From the NCBI GenBank assembly GCA_027320175.1, contig DAHVLU010000024.1:16349-80348 (forward strand): a stretch of DNA of 64,000 nucleotides. Reading direction: 5' to 3'. The notes under the pieces were generated by a model, which did not search any database, had not been told where the DNA came from, and was given only the letters and a program-made list of their open reading frames with translations. Below, in pieces: positions 54,762 through 62,928 of the stretch. The DNA is from Nitrososphaerota archaeon (lineage in GTDB: Archaea; Thermoproteota; Nitrososphaeria; Nitrososphaerales; Gagatemarchaeaceae). Position numbers and translations under genes: made by a program. Each line of letters starts with the position of its first letter. The first letter of the stretch is position 1.

Positions 54762-55892
54762 TTATTTTTGCGCCGGGGCGTTTGATTCCTTCTGCAGGGC
54801 GGTGTTCATCTGACGCGTGTTGAACTTCCATTCCCCGTCGCGATACATGTGGTGCGGGATCGTGAACGAGTACGACTCGGCTGGCTTGACGAACCCGACC
54901 TCGAGCCTCGGCCCAAGGTGAGGCACCGCGTCGTTGATGTAGGTGGACACGGCCATGAGGTCCGTCAGTGGGACGTACATGAACGCCGTGTATGTCCCGT
55001 CCTCTAGGAGATCCTCCGACCAAAGGAATGGGACTTTGCTCACCGCCGCCTGGGCGGCCGCCAGCTCCGCCTTGGACAGGCCGTGGAAAGTGAAGTGTGT
55101 GGTTGCCGTCGAGTGGACGAGCCTCTTCGAGAGGTCCTGGGTCCACCTGATCCTGTAGGAGGGGATCAGCTTCCATTTCTGGACGTGTGTGCGGTAGTGG
55201 TACTCGAGCGTCTTCTGGTGGACCCTGAGCTTCCTCGCGATCCCGGTCAGGTGCTGGAGCGAGTCCTTCTGCAGCTCCTTGATTATGAGCAGGTCGTAGG
55301 GGTCGACGTCGTGGGGCTCGGCCCTCGCTCCCTGCAACAGTGAACCGGGGGCAGACTCCGAGACCTTGCCCCATTCGATCTCCCACCTCCCCGACCTGAA
55401 GTTGAAGAAGTGTGGGTCCATCGGCTTGTTCCGGTTCGCCATGTCTCTGCTGAGTGTGAAGCTGCTCAGAATTCCTTTGTCCCTCAGCCCCGCCAGGAAC
55501 TCCCTGTACTGTTCCGACGTCCCCTTGGGAAGGGCGAAGAGCGCGATGAAGTTCCCCTGGGGGATTAGCTTGCCGTAGTAGACGAGATACCCCACCTGGT
55601 TCAACGCCGCCAGTATCTGCGTGGCCATCGCGCTGTAGGGCTTGCCGAAGTCGAGCGTGGCCCAGTGGAGGGTCAGCCCAAGCTTCGCGTAGTCGACCTC
55701 GGCGTGGAACCTGAACCCAAGGCGGCCGAACCTCTTCTTGATCTTGTACCTGATGGTCTCCTGGTGCGCCCCGGTCATCCGCGAAATCTGTGCGATGTTC
55801 CTAGGGCCTGCCTTCCCGATCGCCGTGATGATCCTGGCTTCAAGACCAGGCTCGTCGTCCTTGATTGTTTGGAGAGATTTTGCGTGAGACAT
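54762..55892 (-). CDS. Tandem wHTH Lrp/AsnC-like transcriptional regulator
   Basis: Two HTHs: GPRNIAQISRMTGAHQETIRYKI and DLLIIKELQKDS..LTGIARKL..HQKTLEYH. Confidence 0.78.
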   Translation of the reverse strand: MSHAKSLQTIKDDEPGLEARIITAIGKAGPRNIAQISRMTGAHQETIRYKIKKRFGRLGFRFHAEVDYAKLGLTLHWATLDFGKPYSAMATQILAALNQVGYLVYYGKLIPQGNFIALFALPKGTSEQYREFLAGLRDKGILSSFTLSRDMANRNKPMDPHFFNFRSGRWEIEWGKVSESAPGSLLQGARAEPHDVDPYDLLIIKELQKDSLQHLTGIARKLRVHQKTLEYHYRTHVQKWKLIPSYRIRWTQDLSKRLVHSTATTHFTFHGLSKAELAAAQAAVSKVPFLWSEDLLEDGTYTAFMYVPLTDLMAVSTYINDAVPHLGPRLEVGFVKPAESYSFTIPHHMYRDGEWKFNTRQMNTALQKESNAPAQK

Positions 55893-56037
55893 GTTTTTTG
55901 TCAGCAAAAACGAGTAATTAAGGCTGCCATGTTTTCTGATTGGTAAGTGGGGGGCCGGTCTGCCTTGGTCGCCCTACCCGCGTGGGCTCGCAGGGCCTCT
56001 GCGCCGCTGGGGGTTCCTTTGGCATCTGTCGTCGGCG

Positions 56038-56436
56038 CTATCTTTCGGCCACTTGGGCCGGCTTCAGGTAGACCCTTCGGTACACCCACGAGTTCCCGAA
56101 CCGCTCCCGCTTGATGAACTGTTTGTCAGCCAGGCGGGCCAGATAGGTCGAGATGGTGCTGAGCTTGGCCGGCTGGTTGTATTTCTCCTCGAGTTCCCTG
56201 GCAACGTCCGATGAAGAAAAATCGCCGGCCGAAAACGTGGTTTCCAGCAGTGTCTGCACCTTGCCGAAGAAGGTCCCTTCGTCCGGGGCCCTGTGCGGGC
56301 GCTCCATCGGGACGTCCATGACCTCGAGCATGTCCATGGCCTTCATCACCTTGTCCCTGGAGACGGCCCCTTCCAGCGCGAGGGTGTACTTGGTCCCTTC
56401 TTCGTCTTCTAGTTCGATCTTGATCCGCTTGCGCAA
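56038..56436 (-). CDS. Origin-adjacent winged-helix protein
   Basis: RIKIELEDEEG.KY.L.LEG; FSSSDV..ELEE..KLSTISTYLARL...RERFGNSWVY wHTH. Confidence 0.8.
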   Translation of the reverse strand: MRKRIKIELEDEEGTKYTLALEGAVSRDKVMKAMDMLEVMDVPMERPHRAPDEGTFFGKVQTLLETTFSAGDFSSSDVARELEEKYNQPAKLSTISTYLARLADKQFIKRERFGNSWVYRRVYLKPAQVAER

Positions 56437-56483
56437 ATTACGGCCCCGCCCGTGCCCCAGGCCCCGATTTATCGCTGTCAGGT

Positions 56484-56910
56484 GTGAACTTGTGAACCTG
56501 GTTGTCGATTAGTTTGACAATGGTTTGATAGGGTCCGGGGTGTTCACCGGCGTTCACTGGCCCTGTTTCGCGGCGGGGGCTGGACAGGCTCCAATGGAAA
56601 CAAAGGGGTCAGAGCCGGCCTTTTCGCTGGTTTGGGGGCTGGACAGGCTCCAGTGGAAATACAGGGGTCTGCCCGGGGTCTGGTGCGCGGACGCGTTCAC
56701 CCAGGTTCACGGTTAATCCCCCACCCCACCGTTTCCACTGGAGCCTGTCCCCCGAACAAAGTCGTCCCTCACAGAGCCATCTGCCAACCAACGGCGTCGG
56801 CGTCTAGACCCCAAGGGATATCCAGTCAAGGCCGCTTACCAAGTGCGGGCTCTTTTTACTGACGTAAACTGACTATCCTCTTTGGGGCTCTTAGACTGGA
56901 AACAAGCGAA
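56484..56910. other. Probable chromosomal replication origin (oriC)
   Basis: Non-coding; ORBs with G-strings at 56575-56610 and 56634-56669 (direct, 33/36 identical), 56718-56752 (inverted), partial at 56893-56905; about 2 kb from cdc6. Confidence 0.85.
56575..56669 (+). repeat. 36-bp direct repeat pair (extended ORB)
   Basis: GGGGGCTGGACAGGCTCCA(A/G)TGGAAA(C/T)A(A/C)AGGGGTC twice, 23-bp spacer. Confidence 0.9.
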
Positions 56911-56998
56911 GCGCAGGGGAGGGGGATATGATCGAAGGCGGCCGAGCAGCCGCAAAGGTTTATATCGAAAGCTCTACCGTTGAACGATTTGGCTATCG

Positions 56999-57208
56999 AT
57001 GGAAACAGTGAAGGTTTCGAGGAAATACCAGGTAGTAATCCCCGAGAGGATTCGCCAAGAGGCGGGCATCAAGCCAGGCGACAGAATGGTGGCAGTCACC
57101 AAGCACGGTATCCTCCAGTACGTCCCCGTTCGTCCCATCTCGAAGACTAGGGGGATGGTGCCGGGCCTGGACACGGACGAACTGCGCGACGAGACCGAGC
57201 ACGAATGA
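56999..57208 (+). CDS. vapB: AbrB/MazE/SpoVT-type antitoxin (VapB)
   Basis: VKVSRKYQVVIPERIRQEAGIKPGD. Confidence 0.9.
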   Translation: METVKVSRKYQVVIPERIRQEAGIKPGDRMVAVTKHGILQYVPVRPISKTRGMVPGLDTDELRDETEHE

Positions 57209-57576
57209 TCAGCGTCGACAGCTTCGGATGGATTGAGAGGTTCACCGACGGGCCCAAGGCAGCATCATACAACATGGTCATCGAGGGGTCCAAGCCCGCC
57301 GACATCGTAACCTCGGTCGTCGTACTCTACGAAGTCTACAGGAAGGTGAAGAAGGCCAAGGGCGAAGAGGCAGCCCTCGAGGCAGTCGCAGCGCTAAGCC
57401 AGACGACCGTGGTGCCCATCGACCAGACGCTGTCACTCGAAGCCGCCGACTACAGCCTTGAGCACGGCCTCCACTTCTCCGACGCGCTCATCTACGCCAC
57501 GGCCCGGCAGGCATCGGCCGAGCTCTACACCAGCGATGTGCACCTGAAAGGCCTGCAAGAAGTCAGAATAATCTAG
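57205..57576 (+). CDS. vapC: PIN-domain toxin VapC
   Basis: VDSFGWIE, VLYEVY, FSDALIYATA, LYTSD; ATGA overlap with the antitoxin. Confidence 0.92.
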   Translation: MISVDSFGWIERFTDGPKAASYNMVIEGSKPADIVTSVVVLYEVYRKVKKAKGEEAALEAVAALSQTTVVPIDQTLSLEAADYSLEHGLHFSDALIYATARQASAELYTSDVHLKGLQEVRII

Positions 57577-58190
57577 GGCGCCGGAAGTCGGCGACGGCCC
57601 TCTTCGGTCAGTTCGTAGACAAAGGGCTTGGAGGTGTCGTTCCGTCTTACGAGCCCCGACTCGAACAGCGCCTTCATGATCCTTGCCGTGTGCTCTCGAG
57701 ACTTCCCCAGAGCATCTGTGAGCTGGCGCGTGTTCTTCGCGGCCTCGCTTAGCAGCCTCATGGCGGCCAGCTGGGTCTCGTCGAGCCCCTGGGTCGGGAT
57801 GGAGCCCACGGCGGGGGCCTGTGATGGCTGTGACTCCTGTGATTCTGGCTGTTGCGCAGGAAGGCTTGTGGTGTGACTTTCAATGGGCGCGCCCTCGGAT
57901 TGGAGGGCCACAGGGGCCACCGACGCCATCGTGGAGGGGGTACCAGCGGCCAGCGCCGCCGAGGCGGCCATGACCCTGGACTGGATGACCTCTACTCTTC
58001 CCATCATATCCAGGATGCGCGCATCCTGCTTCTTGAGACGCTCCTCCAACGAGGACCATAGGTCACGGCCCAGGTCTGTGGACGCGTTGATGCGCTCGGA
58101 GACCTGCCTGTATCTGACGAGCAAGGCGAAGGACAGGGCCACGAAGAAGAACGAAGTCGCCAGGAGGACCACCGTCGTGACGTCGACCAT
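57573..58190 (-). CDS. Membrane-anchored winged-helix (MarR-like) protein
   Basis: N-terminal TM helix, coiled coil, low-complexity linker, C-terminal wHTH NTRQLTDALGKSREHTARIMKALFESGLV...YELTEEGR. Confidence 0.8.
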   Translation of the reverse strand: MVDVTTVVLLATSFFFVALSFALLVRYRQVSERINASTDLGRDLWSSLEERLKKQDARILDMMGRVEVIQSRVMAASAALAAGTPSTMASVAPVALQSEGAPIESHTTSLPAQQPESQESQPSQAPAVGSIPTQGLDETQLAAMRLLSEAAKNTRQLTDALGKSREHTARIMKALFESGLVRRNDTSKPFVYELTEEGRRRLPAP

Positions 58191-58322
58191 CTGTGACTTG
58201 TGCGTGGGTTCGGTTGTGATTTAAGGGTGATGCCACGGGCGCGCAACGACCGCACAGATCTAGGTCCCGAAGGGCGTCTCATCATCGCCGGCCCCCGACC
58301 CCGACGTGACTAGGCCCCTGCA

Positions 58323-58700
58323 TCACACAACGATTTTGCCAATCAAAGCCTGCAACACGCCCACAAACCGCCCAGACTCTTCTTCGGACAGCTCCCTGAC
58401 TCCGCCACCGGCTACTTCCAGCAACCTCCGGACGTCGTCTGGCTTTACGACCCCCACCCAAACCCCGATTAGCAGCGTGACAATCGACCGCCGAACATTC
58501 TCCCTGGCCTGCTGCACTGTTCGGAAGTACGATCCAACCGTCAACGGCTTGGGCCTGCCTCTGGTTCGCCCCTCAGAAGCCGCCGAGGCTGCCTCTCTGT
58601 ATCTCATCTCACCAATCGCCACCCGCAGATAGAGCCGCAGGGCCTCGAGTTGCCTCGGCGTCAGGTTCGACTGCTCGACAAGGGTTTCTGGTAGACTCAA
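58323..58700 (-). CDS. Hypothetical HTH-like protein
   Basis: SNLTPRQLEAL...GSYFRTVQQARENVRRSIVTLL, a sigma-region-4-like HTH pattern. Confidence 0.7.
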   Translation of the reverse strand: MSLPETLVEQSNLTPRQLEALRLYLRVAIGEMRYREAASAASEGRTRGRPKPLTVGSYFRTVQQARENVRRSIVTLLIGVWVGVVKPDDVRRLLEVAGGGVRELSEEESGRFVGVLQALIGKIVV

Positions 58701-58893
58701 CGGCCACAGCTGTCAGCCAGAACTGTATTAATCATTCCGAACCCGGTAACCATGATAAACCACGATTTGCCTTGACTTGTTCATAATATTTTTATGGTTT
58801 TGGGCAGTGCAACCTAATCTTTACCAACGGGCTGGAGGGAGCGTGAGACGTTCGCTTATCTACCTCAGTTGACAGACGAGAGGGCGAGAGAGT

Positions 58894-59154
58894 TTGGGTA
58901 GGAGACGCAAGAAAACCCTTCGAGTGGTCCACAAGACCCTGCCGTCGGTCTTCGCATGCCCTCGATGCGGCTTGATTTCGATTCGTATCACATCAGAACA
59001 AGATCCTGCATCACAAGATTACGTATTTCGCGTCACATGCGGTAACCCCAACTGTCCTTTGCACGCGGGCAGAGAAATGAGGTACTCGACCAAGAGGGCC
59101 AACATAGACGTCTACAATACCTTCGTAGACGACTACGCCAAGGCCGGGGTCTGA
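58894..59154 (+). CDS. elf1: Transcription elongation factor Elf1
   Basis: MGRRRKK...LPSVFACPRCG...VTCG..C...IDVYNTFVD. Confidence 0.88.
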   Translation: MGRRRKKTLRVVHKTLPSVFACPRCGLISIRITSEQDPASQDYVFRVTCGNPNCPLHAGREMRYSTKRANIDVYNTFVDDYAKAGV

Positions 59155-59155
59155 C

Positions 59156-59929
59156 TTGATCGAGCTGGGTCCAGTAGAGAAATATCTCATTGAAAGGACG
59201 AAGCGGGGACCGGTAGTTGCTGCACTGATTGATCCTGAGGACTTCTCCCCAAAGCAAGCTGCCGACACCGCAGCCAAGACTATAGACGCGGGCGCAGCCC
59301 TGATCTTGGTGGGGGGCTCGACTCTGGCCGACCAGGGGAGGCTAGACACCATCGTGAAAGCGGTCCAAAGCCACACAAAATCACACGCTGGTCACACCAA
59401 ATCACACGACGTACCCGTGGTCCTTTTCCCGGGCAACATCACAGGCGTCTCACGACACGCCGACGCCATCCTTTTCAGTTCCCTTCTGAATTCGACCAAT
59501 TCTTACTTCATCATAGGAGCTCAGGCCCTTGGAGCAATCGAAGTCTACAAGAGCAAGATCGAGAGCATCCCCATGGGGTACCTCGTGTTCGGCAACAGCA
59601 GCGCGACGAGCTTCATTGGCCAGGTGAACGCCCTTCCTCCTTCCAAGCCGAACCTTGCCGTGATCTACGCCCTTGCAGCACAGTATCTTGGGATGAGAAC
59701 ACTGTACTTGGAAGCAGGGAGCGGGTCTGGGGACCCGGTGCCCCCAGAAACCATTCGGGCAGTACGCAAGACATACGACGGCCTGTTGATTGTGGGCGGC
59801 GGAATCACCACACCGGGTTCAGCAGATAAGGCGGCCAAGGCGGGCGCCGATATCCTCGTGGTTGGAAACCTCCTTCAGACCCTCGGATTCGAAAGGGTCC
59901 TGAGGCAGATTGTCGATTCAACTGGCTAG
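59156..59929 (+). CDS. Geranylgeranylglyceryl phosphate synthase
   Basis: ALIDPE, ILVGGST, LFPGNITGVS..ADA, YLEAGSG, VGGGI, AGADILVVGN. Confidence 0.95.
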   Translation: MIELGPVEKYLIERTKRGPVVAALIDPEDFSPKQAADTAAKTIDAGAALILVGGSTLADQGRLDTIVKAVQSHTKSHAGHTKSHDVPVVLFPGNITGVSRHADAILFSSLLNSTNSYFIIGAQALGAIEVYKSKIESIPMGYLVFGNSSATSFIGQVNALPPSKPNLAVIYALAAQYLGMRTLYLEAGSGSGDPVPPETIRAVRKTYDGLLIVGGGITTPGSADKAAKAGADILVVGNLLQTLGFERVLRQIVDSTG

Positions 59930-60197
59930 AGTCGACCACGTCTCACCCGCGCAGGGAGGAGGCCGTCGTAGTTGTCCCTCGCCATTTGGGCACGACGACG
60001 ATTAACGAAAGCCAACCCGACCCGACTGAATCAGGCCTTCAGGGTTTGGCAGACGCACCCACACTGACATTTGTGGGTGAAAAACACCCAGAGCAGCTAG
60101 GATAACCCATGGAACGGAAACGTAATGTCAAACGGCAATTACTTGGACGCCCTTGACGACTTCGGAATCTTATATCACTATTTGGAATGGTGAGTGT

Positions 60198-60446
60198 ATG
60201 GCATCAAGATCACACGCCGATGAGGAAAGGTCTAGACTGCAGAAAGCCCTCAAAGGACTCCCAGATTCGAAGAACCCGGATGAAACCATCCCAGTCAGGA
60301 AATCCAGTCTGGAAAACTTGGTTGAAATCTTCGACCACAAGATACGCTCGAGGAATAAGAGCATGCAATACGAAGCTCTAGTAGAGATAAGGGACTATCT
60401 GCAAAAACTCATCGATGAGGGTGTTGGTACTCAAGACGATAGGTAG
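60198..60446 (+). CDS. Hypothetical protein (lower GC)
   Basis: 82-aa helical ORF with GGTGAG upstream and TATA-like CTTATAT. Confidence 0.55.
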   Translation: MASRSHADEERSRLQKALKGLPDSKNPDETIPVRKSSLENLVEIFDHKIRSRNKSMQYEALVEIRDYLQKLIDEGVGTQDDR

Positions 60447-60507
60447 TCCCACTACCGCTTCTTCCAACTCTTCGCGGCTGTTCAACTACACTGTCGTTCC
60501 TTTCACC

Positions 60508-60705
60508 TTACACCGCCGCCCGCAGTACGAACAACCCAACACCATGGGGCTCGTTTCCCGTTGGTGGTAGAGGCATGTACCCAATCATGACGACTCCGTC
60601 CTCTTTGAACCACTGGAATGGCATCCCGCCCCCTAATGGGAACGATTCTGGGGAGGCTGGCGGCATCACGCCAAGGCTAGAGATTCTCGGCTCAGCTGCC
60701 GTCTA
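60508..60705 (-). pseudogene. Remnant paralogue of the C-terminus of the 60860-61786 gene
   Basis: Reads GGMPFQWFKEDGVVMIGYMPLPPTGNE versus GGVPFQGFKEDGLILIGYMPPPPTGNE in the neighbour; in-frame stop at 60703-60705. Confidence 0.7.
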
Positions 60706-60859
60706 CGGCGATCCCGAGTCCCTCCTGGGGCTTTTTCTTCGAGCACAGCGGCGGGGTACTGATCACTGCCTGAAGCAGTGGCAGGGTTCATTGTTATCCG
60801 AAGGAACCGGTTTCACTTTCGGAGATTTTTCGACGAGCACGAAACAGTACAAGACACGG

Positions 60860-61786
60860 TTATTCTTTCTCTTTGTCTGTTATTTTGAACGCCGCCATCC
60901 ACAGAACCATCACATGAATGTCCCGAACCTCATTGCCCGTGGGAGGCGGAGGCATATACCCAATCAATATCAGCCCATCTTCTTTGAACCCCTGGAACGG
61001 CACCCCACCCCTGATGGGTGAGAGCGTGTCCCGCGCCAGATAGACCTCCTTCGCTTCTGGCTTGAAGATGGTGGCCCACGCCTTCGACCCCATAATCACA
61101 TGCGCCGTATCGGGTTTCTTCTGCAGTTCCTTCTGGAAAGGCAAGTCCAAATCCCCAAAAGACAGAACCAGCTCTTGGCAACTCCCGAACTCGTACGGTG
61201 GTGCCTTCGCGTTCCCGGTGGACTGGTTGTGGTCGACATCGGCTGTTATCCTCGCGAACACGGGGCGCAACTTCGAAGTGGCGCCAGGGTCGCTCGACAG
61301 CGTCAGGAGGTTGTTTCCCGCTCCAAGTATCGTGGGGTTTCCAACCGCTTCGAACTTCACCTCAGGCGGACGCCTCCTGTACCGCAGTCCCATCTGGGCC
61401 CCACGCGGCTTGCCCCTCTCGCCACCTTCGACTAGAATCGCTTCGTATCTGACCCCCTGAATCGTGAGGTAGCCCGCCCACGCAAGCGCATATCGCTCGG
61501 CTTCTGAGGGTACGGCCAGGAGCGCCTGCCGGGCTTCTTCGAACCCGAACTCGAGCCTCTCCCGCTTGAATCCCTGGATATACTGCCCCGAGGGCAGCTC
61601 GATCACCGCAAAGGGAGCTTCCTCTCCCCTCCCAGCTACTTGAGCGCTGAATTCCTGGAGAGCGGCCAGCATCAGTTTGAGCAACTTCGGGTTATCGTCT
61701 AGCTCCGGCAGCCCGGTTTTCGGATTGTCAGCGCTCATCTTTTCGGTCCTTGGCGCGTCTTTGCTTCCTCTTCCTAGCAGATTCAT
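60860..61786 (-). CDS. Hypothetical protein
   Basis: About 308-aa ORF; start set at ATG 61786 to avoid overlapping the upstream gene; no family recognised. Confidence 0.65.
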   Translation of the reverse strand: MNLLGRGSKDAPRTEKMSADNPKTGLPELDDNPKLLKLMLAALQEFSAQVAGRGEEAPFAVIELPSGQYIQGFKRERLEFGFEEARQALLAVPSEAERYALAWAGYLTIQGVRYEAILVEGGERGKPRGAQMGLRYRRRPPEVKFEAVGNPTILGAGNNLLTLSSDPGATSKLRPVFARITADVDHNQSTGNAKAPPYEFGSCQELVLSFGDLDLPFQKELQKKPDTAHVIMGSKAWATIFKPEAKEVYLARDTLSPIRGGVPFQGFKEDGLILIGYMPPPPTGNEVRDIHVMVLWMAAFKITDKEKE

Positions 61787-61790
61787 GCTC

Positions 61791-62225
61791 TCAGAACCGT
61801 ATGTCTCGTCCCTCCGGCTTGAGCTTCGAACAGTCCGGGCAGAGCCACACTGGGATGTTCGCACCATCGAGCTTAGAGTCCTGGTAATCTTTCTTGAGCC
61901 ACCCTTTGGTATGACACGAATCACACGCGTAATCATCAGGGGGAGGGTTTGTGCGGGCAGACCCATTTGTGACAACGACGTGGGTTCTCACGAGCGTGCC
62001 ATACATCCCAATTAGGACGTACGCATCCATTTCGCGCTTCTCCTTGAGCGCTGTAGGAGGCAACGGGTAGAACCGGACGAGCGCCTGCGCGTCGGCGGGT
62101 TCGATGTTGGACCGACCACTACCAGTCAATCCTATTACAGCTTGCCGCAATTCCGCGTCGGCTAGATACTGGCTGACGGGGAAAATCGCAAGTGTAAAGC
62201 GATCGTCATCATCCCTCTTATCCAT
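61791..62225 (-). CDS. Hypothetical protein with C-terminal Zn ribbon
   Basis: CDSC...LCPDC; GGAG upstream of ATG 62225. Confidence 0.6.
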   Translation of the reverse strand: MDKRDDDDRFTLAIFPVSQYLADAELRQAVIGLTGSGRSNIEPADAQALVRFYPLPPTALKEKREMDAYVLIGMYGTLVRTHVVVTNGSARTNPPPDDYACDSCHTKGWLKKDYQDSKLDGANIPVWLCPDCSKLKPEGRDIRF

Positions 62226-62337
62226 CACTTCGCTCCTTGGCCTTCCTGAATCGGCTTCATATAAGGGGGGATGCACAACGGACGCCCTTGGTTAATCAGA
62301 AGGGCAAAAGCGGATTCCACGAGGTCGGCTAGTTAGC

Positions 62338-62919
62338 ATGGAACTCGGCGGTCAACGAGCGTCTTCTCGATTGAATTTCGCTGGGCGGAACCCTCGGCTC
62401 TTGGTGCCAGCCCTGTTCCTCCTGATCCTCGCGGGGTACGAATTCGCGACCTTCCAAACCTCCGCGTCGTTACAATCCACATTCAACCTTCCTTCAGGGG
62501 ACTACTATCAAATTAGCACGACTCGAAACCCCTCGGATACTATTTCGGGGCAGTTCCACGAGACCTCAGGGCGCCCCGTGAGTTTCTTCATTTTCACCAG
62601 CGCCCAATTCGCCGCCTTCCAGGTGGGCACGTCGTTAGACTCGGTCTACAACATCACTGACTCTGCTTCTTCGGCCATCTCCTACACTTTCAAGAACCAA
62701 GACACTTTCTATCTCGTATTCAGGCACGGAAGCGGCCTGCTCAACACCACAGAAACCGTTTACTTCCAACGAACATACACGGCGAGTGATTCGCTGAGGG
62801 CAACACTCGCATTCGTCTTCCTCATCTTCGGAGCCCTCAACTTGGTTCTCGCATTCATCAAACGCAAGCCGAAAGCCGTCGCGCCGCCTCCTCAGCCGAA
62901 CGAAACCACTTCGCAGTAA
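62338..62919 (+). CDS. Membrane protein with beta-rich extracytoplasmic domain
   Basis: N- and C-terminal TM helices around a Ser/Thr-rich beta domain (PVSFFIFT..QF, DTFYLVF). Confidence 0.7.
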   Translation: MELGGQRASSRLNFAGRNPRLLVPALFLLILAGYEFATFQTSASLQSTFNLPSGDYYQISTTRNPSDTISGQFHETSGRPVSFFIFTSAQFAAFQVGTSLDSVYNITDSASSAISYTFKNQDTFYLVFRHGSGLLNTTETVYFQRTYTASDSLRATLAFVFLIFGALNLVLAFIKRKPKAVAPPPQPNETTSQ

Positions 62920-62928
62920 CAGAGTCGG

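Larger units (their letters stand above)
57717..59443. repeat. Dispersed, orientation-switching TGTGA/TCACA motif cluster
   Basis: TGTGA at 57717, 57820, 57829, 57838, 57872, 58192, 58215; TCACA at 58323, 58988, 59011, 59033, 59381, 59392, 59402, 59439. Confidence 0.55.

Noticed and set aside
56575..56669. 36-bp direct repeats with a spacer as a mini CRISPR array serving the Cas1-like gene
   Set aside because: Only two copies with a 23-bp spacer, a third copy is inverted, and the core matches the ORB consensus near cdc6.
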